Source: Eledone cirrhosa
Taxonomy: Eukaryota
Reading direction: 5' to 3'
NCBI GenBank assembly: GCA_964016885.1
Contig: OZ024740.1
Span: 307,520,001-307,584,000 of the forward strand
Length of the DNA: 64,000 nt
The first letter of the stretch is position 1, and every line of letters starts with the position of its first letter. A program made the translations under genes and the position numbers. Positions 37,201-47,569 of this stretch are shown here, piece by piece. Below the pieces are notes generated by a model. It saw nothing but the letters and a program-made list of their open reading frames with translations, had not been told where the DNA came from and did no database searches.

Positions 37201-37876
37201 TCTTGTTAGAATTCATCAGGACTACATATCCAGTGCTTTTATCGAGAATGACACAGCTAGAGACTTATAGAATACTTAGCTGTGTACAGGAACTGGTTTG
37301 AAAGAGCGGTTGCCGGTCCGGCAGAAATTAGAAATTGGAATAAATGCTCTGAAATAGCGATATATATGTGAATATAGACATAGAATATTCGAAAATATTC
37401 TGTATGTTTATAATAAACATTTTGAAGACCTAATCGCTATAGAATAGAATACGTCACGTATTACAATTAGATTCTCGATAAAAGCAAGGGAAGTAAGTCT
37501 ACGCGTTTCATTCTTGTTAGAATTCATCAGGACTACATATCCAGTGCTTTTATCGAGAATGACACAGCTAGAGACTTATAGAATACTTAGCTGTGTACAG
37601 GAACTGGTTTGAAAGAGCGGTTGCCGGTCCGGCAGAAATTAGAAATTGGAATAAATGCTCTGAAATAGCGATATATATGTGAATATAGACATAGAATATT
37701 CGAAAATATTCTGTATGTTTATAATAAACATTTTGAAGACCTAATCGCTATAGAATAGAATACGTCACGTATTACAATTAGATTCTCGATAAAAGCAAGG
37801 GAAGTAAGTCTACGCGTTTCATTCTTGTTAGAATTCATCAGGACTACATATCCAGTGCTTTTATCGAGAATGACAC
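34262..37876 (-). repeat. Tandem array of about 11.6 x 311-bp units, one hammerhead ribozyme per unit (retrozyme-like)
   Basis: GACATAGAATATTCG recurs at 34267, 34578, 34889 ... 37688 (period 311); units look identical; TA-rich flanks. Confidence 0.95.
34386..34424 (-). ncRNA. Canonical minimal type I hammerhead ribozyme (repeats every 311 bp, last at 37807-37845; 12 copies)
   Basis: Minus: AGTC-CTGATGA-ATTCT AACA AGAAT-GAAA-CGCG-TA-GACT; stem I extended by perfect 16-bp ATTCTCGATAAAAGCA/TGCTTTTATCGAGAAT. Confidence 0.9.
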
Positions 37877-37940
37877 ATATATTTATATATATTATTCAGA
37901 ATATTAATAAATGAAGACATTCACATAATCAAAATATATG

Positions 37941-38002
37941 TTTTATTATATATATTTCGAAGGTACTGTGCGGTTTTTTCAGTACGTCCTCGTCAGATAG
38001 AA
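37941..38002 (-). ncRNA. Type I hammerhead ribozyme
   Basis: Minus: TTCTAT-CTGACGA-GGACGTACTG..CAGTACCTTC-GAAA-TATATA-TA-ATAAAA. Confidence 0.65.
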
Positions 38003-38130
38003 TACATGAATTGATGTATGACATGCCTCAACGGTCTTGATGGTTCAATTCCAGTATTGGCATATATATATATATATATATATATATGCCAATATATATA
38101 TATATGCCAATATATATATATATATGCATA

Positions 38131-38176
<46 letters not shown>

Positions 38177-38932
38177 CCCACCACAAAGGAACCTGTGACA
38201 GACAGGCTGAAGCACCCCCCCCCCCCCTTCACACACACACACGTCTGTATTTTTATATATACACTCTTACACTACACACTCCCTAAAACCATATTCCAAA
38301 AATAGAATTTCTTTTACAGCCCTACTGTTGTCATAGAATTTGTCTCTAGCTTACAATTCCCCCCCTCGCCACCCCCTTCCCACCCCCATCTGAACTCTTG
38401 ACCAGTCCATTAACACAATGGAGATATACACAAACATATTTCCAGAATATTTCCTTTGTCCACCACCCCCACCCCCACCCCCTTCCGCAAAAAAAAAAGA
38501 CAATTTTGTTCTGTGAAGAAACACACCTACTACCAACATTGTTGCTGCTACTTTATGACTACACCTCCCTCTCTCTATATACACAAGAGTTCACTCTCCA
38601 GTCTCCTTCGCAGCAAGGAAGATGAAAAAAAACTTCTCTTAATTTTAAAACTTTAATTTTTAGTTTTTAATTCTTATTAATTCTTTTTAATTGTAACACT
38701 CAACATTTGATAAAATGAATTTTAATAATACATCGAAACCGGTAATACTTTATATACTTCATAAAACTTTTTAAAAAGAATTGTTCCTCTCATTTTTTCA
38801 ATAATGTCACTTTGACGAATCAAAGAAAGGAAAAAAAAAAAAAAGAAAAACAGACCCTTAAATATATTTTCCGTGCTATTTCCAGCTTCACCTTTCCTCT
38901 AAAACCACTGTTTTGTATAGAACCTTACTCCC

Positions 38933-38939
<7 letters not shown>

Positions 38940-38981
<42 letters not shown>

Positions 38982-39166
38982 GAGTGCGTGTATATGTGTG
39001 CATGTACATGAGAATATATAAATGTATATATATGTATACATAACATGTTTTCAACTTGTACAAAAATCCCTAGGAATCTAATTGACATTGTATATATATT
39101 TATGTGTGTGTGTGTGTGTATATACATACATATATATGTATATGTATGTATATATATGTGTGTGTG

Positions 39167-39203
<37 letters not shown>

Positions 39204-39256
39204 ATGTATATATATATATATATATGTATGTATATATATATATATATATATATGTG

Positions 39257-39292
<36 letters not shown>

Positions 39293-39334
39293 TGTATATA
39301 TATGTATATATATATATATATATGTATATATATG

Positions 39335-39405
<71 letters not shown>
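38940..39405. repeat. (TA)n/(TG)n microsatellite field
   Basis: Directly visible. Confidence 0.95.
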
Positions 39406-39412
<7 letters not shown>

Positions 39413-39997
39413 GAGAAGAAAGAAGAATACTGCGTGGTTGCAAATGGGTTACATATGATACATATGATAAAACTAGTCCTTCGTCAGTGATTTTCCAACC
39501 ATCATTGGTATTTCATCGCATTAAAAATCAGATACCTCAGGTTGGTGCGAGCAATAACTAAAAAAAGTTATTGGGACCAGTAATTCGCGTAAAGCGAGGG
39601 GTACAAGTAAACAACACAGAAGGATAAAAGCAAACCGAAGATAGGAAAATAAACAAGCAACATGGTTGTCCGGTCAGCATAAACTGGGTGGATTTCATGA
39701 GCGAGAGAGGTACAGATAGTCCGATGTGTGTGAGATGTAAGCAAGAAGAGACCCACTACAAGCCAAACGGGAGGGAGTAAGAAGGGGAGAAACAAAGAGT
39801 GAGTGAGTGGAAGTGTGAGGAAGAGGTCAGTCGAGAGAAAGTGTAACTGACAGAGGGGGCGAAAGAAGGTGAGAAAACAGAGAGAGCGGGGAAGCAGTAA
39901 GAGAGAAACAGACAAACGCAGCCGAGGTAAATATATATAAAAAACATGAAGAAAGAAGAATACTGCGTGGTTGCAAATGGGTTACATATGATAAAAA
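39405..39997 (-). mobile_element. pLTR-like element with terminal direct repeat and HHR-like motifs
   Basis: AAAACATGA..GAAAGAAGAATACTGCGTGGTTGCAAATGGGTTACATATGATA at about 39405 and about 39940; 39425-39570 homologous to 60180-60320. Confidence 0.55.
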
Positions 39998-40565
39998 TAT
40001 ATGTGTGTGTGTGTGTGTGTGTGTGTAATTTGTTTGTTAAAATAATCAAATTAAATTATTAAATTAATTCAACATTTAAACACACATAGGAATAGTATGT
40101 TGTTACGAAAGGGCCAGAAGATTGACAAGTTAACCCCTAAATATGACTAATTGCTCTAGGAATGCCACCAACGACACCACCTCTTTTTAACTTAGATTTT
40201 GAAAATAGGTTTATAATTATTAATTTTCATTATACTTTTGTAGCTATCACAGTGGCCTAGTTGGATGACTCATAGACGGTGCTGAAGTTCGATCCTGCTC
40301 GGGAGTAAGGTTGCCGGTAAAGCTTTTCAGTTTTTTTCTATGTAAAATAAAACCGAAAATGATTACATGTACCTCTCGACCAGATTGAACCCAAGATTAA
40401 GATCGCCAACGTCTCTGGTACCTACCGCTAGTCCACTGAGACAGTTACAAAAAATCATCTGAAAATTCATACTTATAAACCTACTTGCAAAATTTGATTT
40501 GACAGATGTCTTTAACCCATTGATACCAAACATTATCTGGTCAGTAGTTCGTGTGTATGTGTAAG

Positions 40566-40644
<79 letters not shown>

Positions 40645-40662
40645 TCTACCACACCAATTCGG

Positions 40663-40717
40663 ACTGCCTGAAGAGGTCACAGCCAATGATGGCTGTCACC
40701 GAAATATATATAGCAGT
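40663..40717 (+). ncRNA. Type I hammerhead ribozyme
   Basis: ACTGC-CTGAAGA-GGTCACAGCC AATGAT GGCTGTCACC-GAAA-TATATA-TA-GCAGT. Confidence 0.8.
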
Positions 40718-40852
40718 ACATATTTAATAAACGAAACCAAATTTTAAGTATTTGACTTAATTACCCCGGAGTAACCAAACCAACCTGCGTACTTCGTCGA
40801 GTGCTCCAATCTACATATTTAGGTGTCGGTAAACAACCAACATATACTCAAA

Positions 40853-40902
<50 letters not shown>

Positions 40903-41040
40903 ATACTTTGGGAGGGTCATGTTGCCAATAAGAAACACACGCACCAGTTGTTTTCACTTCAATTTATTTTTATAAATTTAGGAATTTATAAATTTCTGGT
41001 TGGTTGGTTGGTTCCACAACCAGATAGTTGTTTATATATT

Positions 41041-41083
41041 GTCAAAGTTCTTTCGTCACACATTCTGTGACCTCTTCAGTGAC
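41041..41083 (-). ncRNA. Variant hammerhead in PLE pLTR (mutated twin at 42854-42896 +)
   Basis: Minus: GTCA-CTGAAGA-G-GTCAC AGAATGT GTGAC-GAAA-GAAC-TT-TGAC. Confidence 0.65.
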
Positions 41084-41117
41084 TGGGGATTCTTTTCTTT
41101 GTTTTTGTGTCTCTCCT

Positions 41118-42652
41118 ACTTAAACTTAGCTATAGTAATAATTACCTAGACACATATGACCTTAGCAACCTGTGCCCTACAAGACCAGCAAGAGGCAGAC
41201 CACCTACCATTACCTCAATGGCCAAGAAAACCCACACAGATAGATGGAACGGGTGGACCAGAGCCATACGGACACCCGAAAACCACGATGAACTGAAGAA
41301 AATGATTGCACATGCGGTAGGGGCCAGCATAAAACTAACCCTTAAGGAACATATGTTCAAATTTAATGGAAAAACATATGCCCAAGAGCAAGGAGCAGCC
41401 ATTGGTGTTAGCATTGCAGGCGACATAGCTAACTTATTCATGGTATGGTGGGACAGTAGACTTAAACTTAAACTTAAAGAACAATTAGAAGACCCCTTAA
41501 CCCTGATAATGGACTCCCGCTACGTTGACGATATAAACATCGTAGTTAAGACACCCCCACTAGAGAACAGTCAGGAACTAGAGAAAAACACAATAGAAAG
41601 CATCCAGCAAACAGCTAACTCCATCCACCAGAGTATTAGAGTTACTATAGACTACCCAAGTAAACACCCCAACCATCGATTACCTGTACTAGACACAGAG
41701 CTCTGGTTAGATACCGTTAATAACAAAAAACAAATCCTCCATTCCCATTATGCCAAACCCATCACTTCCAAACATCTGATCCACCGAAACTCGGCTGTTT
41801 CGGACCATACCAAAATCAACATACTGATTGCGGATTTGGTACGGGTGATGAGAAACGTGTCCCGCATGTGCAACCCCGAAGAACTAGAGAGACACATACA
41901 ACACTTCATCCACCGTATGCAGTTCTCTGGTTACAATCAGAGAGATAGAATCAGAGTGTATAGAGGAGCCAGAACCAAATGGGAAAAAATGGTAAATAAT
42001 GACACAAATGGGACTTGCCCCTTGTATGGGAGCAAATTTTGGAATAGAATAGAAAGAACTAGGAATAAGGCTAATAGAATAAACTCATGGTATGATAGCA
42101 ATAAATACCAGAGTGCAATGTTCATCGATACAACCCCTAGAGGTGAATTAGCTTACAAATTTAGAAGGGCCCTAGATAAACATAAACTCAATATTAAGAT
42201 AGTAGAAAGACCAGGTACCTCCGTAAAAACACTTATTTGCAAGACATACCCTTTTCAAAGACCCCCCCTGTATAGATAAGAAATGTATAACCTGTAAAAT
42301 AAGCCCCCATATTAACTGTAAAACTAGAAATGTAGTGTATAGCATAAGATGTACTGAAGGACAATGTAGAGACAAAAATATAGTGTACATAGGTGAGACA
42401 GCTCGTAGTGTAGGGGAACGGATAAATGAACACTGGCGAGACCTTCAAGATAGTAAAGAATCATCTGTACTCTACCAACATGCTAAAATAGAACATAAGG
42501 GTAAATTAGAGAACATAGAAATAAAAATAGAATCTACACACAGAAAAGACGCAATGTTTAGACAAATCACAGAGGCAATAAACATAAAAGTATTACAACC
42601 AAAATTAAATAGAAAATATGAGTGGAACAGCAACATCACAACTTACAATTAA
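41118..42652 (+). CDS. PLE reverse transcriptase + Zn-linker + GIY-YIG endonuclease (N-truncated, +1 frameshift in C7 run at about 42262-42268)
   Basis: QEQGAAIG..GDIANLFM, RYVDDI, LPVLD; removing one C gives PCIDKKCITC..NCKTRNVVYSIRC..YIGETARSVGERINEH..RQITEAINI..PKLNRKYEW. Confidence 0.88.
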
Positions 42653-43107
42653 GGACAAAATGAAAACACACACACACATAGAACAAACAACCAACCGGTA
42701 ACATGTAAATAAACAAATAAATAAACAAATATAAACACACACAGACACCCGGATGTGGCGCATGCGCAGACTGAGCACACAACACACACACAGAAACAAA
42801 ATGGCGTAGGACAGAACAAAGGAGAGACACAAAAACAAAGAAAAGAATCCCCAGTCACCGAAGAGGTCACAGAATGTGTGACGAAAGAACTTTGACATAT
42901 ATAAACAACTATCTGGTTGTGGAACCACCCAACCAACCAGAAATTTATTTATATATTCCTAAATTTATAAATTTATTATAATAAATTGAAGTGAAAGCAA
43001 CTGGTGCGTGTGTTTCTTATTGGCAACATGACCCTCCCAAAGTATAACAATATCGGTTTCAACACACGATTTTAGATAAAGAATCTTGCTAAACAAATTC
43101 AGAAACG

Positions 43108-43177
<70 letters not shown>

Positions 43178-43559
43178 GCTTGTGTGTGATTATATATATA
43201 TGTTTGCATATGTAAGCTTTAGATTTAGTAGAATGTATAACCACTGATTCCAGCTATTTGCACTCTCATATATTTTGGTTTCTATTAATTCCCCGGGGTA
43301 TTGGTTGACCAAATGCTTTGCTTAATTGTTTTATTTATTTATTTTTTAATTTTATTCTTCCTCTTAGACTTCAGGTATTTTTTGAAAGCATTGGCCCCCT
43401 AAAATACTACAGTATGCTACTGTGGGCTCCTGCAATGCCAACGTGGTCCCCACTGAGGCCCACTCACCATTGGGCAACCTGGCAACTTGGCCAGTCCATC
43501 ACTAACCACAGTTCTCCTGAAGAATTATCCGATGTTGTTATTCGAGGGAACTGCACTGT

Positions 43560-43975
43560 TTGAAATGTTATACAGTACTTGGATTACCTTGTTGAGGTCG
43601 CCATCAAAGTTGTAATTCTTCATCACGTGCTACAAACTTTCGAGTCAAAGGCTATTCTGAAGTCGATGAAGTTATGATCGAGGTTAGATTGGTGCTGCAG
43701 ATGTTTCTCGGTTAGCGCTGTACTTCGTTTGGGTCTGAATCCTGCTTGTTCTCCTACAAGGATTCCCCCCCCCCCCCTTAAATCTTTTTAGAAGAACTTT
43801 TAGCAGTATTTTACTTGGGTGTCTGATTAGACTGTTCTGTAATTCTGACAGTCTTAAATTGCCTTTCTCGGGAATTAGTATCATCAATGACAGGGTCCAA
43901 TCATTTGATCACCTCTTTGTTTCCCATGTCTTCTGGCAGGTAACTGTCAGTGACTTGATAAGTTTGGGCCCTCCA
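43560..43975 (-). mobile_element. RTE-like RT fragment
   Basis: IPEKGNL..SLIRHPSKILLKVLLKRF and EQAGFRPKRST remnants. Confidence 0.7.
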
Positions 43976-44070
43976 AAACATGTGAAATGTAAAAACGCCT
44001 TCAAAGAGTGGATTTAAAGAAAAATAAAATATATACAAAACAATAATGAATACAATTATAAATACGTCTA

Positions 44071-44290
44071 GGGCGGTGAATTGGCAGTATCGGTAGAGAG
44101 TCGAACGCCATGCTTTGCAGTATAGAGTTACGGCCCTTTATGATCTGAGTTCAAATCCTGCCGAGGTTAACTTTGCCTTTCATCTTTACGGGATCGATAA
44201 AATAAAGTACCAGTCACGCACTGGGGTCGATTTAATCGATTTTCCCCTCCCCCCAAATTGCTGGCCTTGTGCCTATACAAGAAACCATTT
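44071..44290 (+). mobile_element. Major SINE copy (long subfamily)
   Basis: Match to consensus. Confidence 0.9.
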
Positions 44291-44810
44291 ATAAATACGT
44301 CTTCAAAATAAAAGCCCCTCACTCGGCGTGTTATGCGTTCAAATGTTTACTCCTTCTTTCTTGCTTTATTCACATTCTTAATACTTTCACTCCAGGATGA
44401 TAGATGCTATAATCTGTTTTAATACGTAATGAAATTCAAGGCAATAACATTGCTACAGCTAATGCTCTGATTATTCTCGAGTACATGAGTATTAAGCAAG
44501 ATAATCCTATTTAATCAGCCACCCACCACGAGATATTATATTCCTAGCAGTCTTTCTATTATTTATACGTTTATGCTTTGTCGTATTATTTTCTTGTTTA
44601 TATACTTATTGCTATGGATTTTACTTTGGTATAACAAATCCTATTTGTTGGTTCTTAAATTAACATACACTGCAATGTGCAGTGTATGAAAACTCACGAC
44701 TGTAGTCCAGAGAAACCAGTCTATAAAACTATCCTCTGGCAAATGTTGTAACACACTAAGACGTTGGAGCCTTAGGGAACAATTTCCTATAGTGTATATG
44801 GCAAAACCCC

Positions 44811-44868
<58 letters not shown>

Positions 44869-44875
44869 TGCGTGT

Positions 44876-45090
44876 GTAATATGAAATGAGTCAGGACCCC
44901 TACGGCTGAACTCTGGCCGTTTCGGCAGCTAGATCCGAACTAAGCCACACGTTCCAATACTGGTGGCTTAGTTCGGATCTAGCTGTTGAAACGGCCGGAG
45001 TTCAGCCGTCGGGGTTAAGACTCTTTTCATATTACCCACTTTACTACCCTCAATACTGAGTACTCTGGTGTGTTATGGTCCACCTGGTAT
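44876..45090 (+). mobile_element. Asymmetric fold-back element with HHR 3' half
   Basis: Palindrome 44876-45035 with CAGCTAGATCCGAACTAAGCCAC/GTGGCTTAGTTCGGATCTAGCTG, then GAAACGGC..GCCGTC-GGGG and tail. Confidence 0.75.
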
Positions 45091-45944
45091 ACAACCCAAT
45101 AGTACAGAAGCATGCAGCACTATCCACCAGAACATTCCACTACTGAGTCAAAACCCAAGTATAAAAAAAGCACTGGAAATACACAAAATAATCTAAAGCG
45201 AAAGACAACCAAAATGTATAAAAATCTACTTTCCTACGACAAACTCAGCACCAACAATTATAAAATGTGGTCGCCCTAACTGCAGAAACCTCATCTACCT
45301 TATTGAAGATATGTCTTATAAATTAAAGCTAGGACAATTTTTTAATAAACAATTTTTAATTTAAAAAAATCACCTGTTCACCAAAAATTGAATATATGCA
45401 ATAAATATGAATGAAGTCCCTCGCCATCAAATACAGGATTCCTTGCTATAAAGATTCCAATGTACTACAAAGAAATCCCCCAATTTCCAACTCTCCCCAT
45501 TTTACATTTGTTCAAACACAGGGAAAGAAAAATATATATTAGAAAAATATAAATCACGACTGAACAAATAAAACAAGATCTACTCAATATCAGCGTCTCC
45601 CTCACCAATCTCCGGGGAAACACCTTCTCCTTCTACATTCTGTCCGCCGGGCCGCGATGAGGCCAGCGCGTGGGCCCTCATTTTCTCGTAACAGTGAGAG
45701 ATGTGGAGAGCGGGAGAGACGGAGGCAATGTCAGTAGGAGTTTGGTTCTTTTGTGCTCGGACATTTTGTATATGAGTGTGTATGTGTCAGTGAATGTGTG
45801 TGTGTGTTTGCGCGTTCGTTACGTACGTTACGCCTTAGTAAGTTACATACACACACGCCTTCACGTAAATACTTAATCAGATACACAAAGAATTAAGCAC
45901 ATGATTCGGACGCTGATTTACACACACACATACACACGCGCGCA

Positions 45945-46020
<76 letters not shown>

Positions 46021-46082
46021 CTCTCTCTCTAACACACACACATACACGCACACATTTATACACACTTATCTACATCTATGCA

Positions 46083-46573
46083 TTGGAACTTCCATCATCC
46101 TTTACAGCCTGGAGGATGATGAACCATCTCCTAGAGGTTACTATTCTTAGAGGTAATCACCAAGGAGAAAATGTATTTATTCCCAAGATTCCTCTTATCC
46201 CTTTCTCTACCGAGTTGCCATTCAAATTCTCAAGACTTCAGTTCCCCGTTAGAGCCAGTTTTGTATGACCGTACATAGAGCTAGGTTCAGAGTTTCAAAG
46301 TTGTAGAATTGAATACAAGAGAATCGTTTTTTACCCATGGACAGTTATATGTTGTAGGTTATTCACGAGTGGAAACACCTAGAATTCTTCATATACTATG
46401 CATAAATGGCAAAACGAAGAATCTGGTGTATCTAGAAGAATCTTTTACTATTCATTTTTTTGTAACACACACCACGGTCTCGCTTCATACTGTAAACCAA
46501 TACAGTCATTTTCTCTGCTACCTGTCTTCTCTTATCATCTGTTTACCCGGGCGAAGCTGGGTACGTCAGCTAG
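46083..46573 (+). mobile_element. Helitron 3' remnant (PIF1-like helicase C-terminus, hairpin, CTAG end)
   Basis: VFIPKIPLIP..LPFKFSRLQFPVR, FTHGQLYV..SRV; TACCCGGGCGAAGCTGGGTA hairpin then CTAG|T. Confidence 0.85.
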
Positions 46574-46794
46574 TATATATATATATATTAGAGAGTCGAG
46601 GCCTCAACTCTATCTAATATAGTCGCACGCTATTGCTGAATAATGGTCTCATTAGTTGAAAACTGGTTAAATCCTGATCTATCTATCTATATACATACAC
46701 ACACACACACACACACATATTTATGTGTGTGTGTGTGTGTGTGTATATGTATGTACATATGTACACACACACAACATATATATATATATGTGTA

Positions 46795-46959
46795 TATAGG
46801 AAAAAGTATGACCCCGATGGCAGAGCTCAAGTCGTTTCGACGGCTCTCTGCCGTCGGGGTTATACTTTTTACTTTTTCCTATTACCCATTCTACTGCCCT
46901 AAGTATTGAGTACTCTGGTGCGTTATGGTCCATCTGGTTCCTTACCACAATTCCTTCGT

Positions 46960-46960
<1 letters not shown>
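46795..46960 (+). mobile_element. Fold-back copy of the pLTR-tail family
   Basis: AAAAAGTATGACCCCGATGGCAGAG / CTCTGCCGTCGGGGTTATACTTTTT plus tail to (TA)n. Confidence 0.7.
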
Positions 46961-47005
<45 letters not shown>

Positions 47006-47569
47006 CGTATATTCATTTTTTTACCTGAATATGAAGACATTGTAAGTCTGAGACGACAACAGTTTCACGAACCTATCAACGGTAAATCTTTGAAAATTCT
47101 TTCGAAATGAAAGATAAAAATAAAGATAAATAAATAACTATATAAATAAATAAAATTACTCATTACATTGGTATGAGGAAGAAGGGATATATTACTAGGC
47201 TACACAAGCATAGATCGTTGAAAACACGAAGAAAATTGTTAAAGTTGAAGAATAGGGTGTCGGGTGGGCTGAGCACATTCAACCTCGGCCACCTACCGAC
47301 AACATTGCTTCCCTTCATACTTCACTATTTACCAGGCCTCCCCAACCATCAGTTTGGAAATAAGACTTAATGGAGACCAAATGTGTCGTTCTAGGCCAAA
47401 CGAAGTAATTTATACACACTTACATCGTATATGTGGGTGTTGTGTGTATGTGGGTGTTGTTTATGCATGTGTGTATTGTGTATGCTTATGTATGTGTGTG
47501 TTATGTGTGCTTATGTATTTAATTTTCAAGTTCGCAAAAATCTAAAATTAAATTGTTGCATTATTACTA

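Larger units (their letters stand above)
40897..43110 (+). mobile_element. 5'-truncated Penelope-like retroelement (C-terminal EN, Nematis/Neptune-like) with inverted pseudo-LTR, inserted in (TA)n
   Basis: 40897-41117 is the reverse complement of about 42820-43052; extra tail 43053-43110; RT and GIY-YIG ORFs between; TA runs on both sides. Confidence 0.9.

Noticed and set aside
34262-37876. CRISPR array or coding tandem repeat
   Set aside because: No variable spacers, 311-bp identical units, no ORF of 60 aa or more, eukaryotic context
38888-39490. YI/CV-repeat ORFs (also near 13000, 17600, 32000, 54500 and 57100)
   Set aside because: Translations of (TA)n, (TG)n, (TATG)n and (CT)n repeats
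41107-42652. Selenocysteine-recoding (Naiad-type) PLE or programmed frameshift
   Set aside because: Endonuclease is C-terminal, there is no in-frame TGA, and the break is one extra C in a homopolymer
40897-43052. DNA transposon with 220-bp TIRs
   Set aside because: Internal ORF is RT plus GIY-YIG and the ends are asymmetric (tail), as expected for PLE inverted pLTRs
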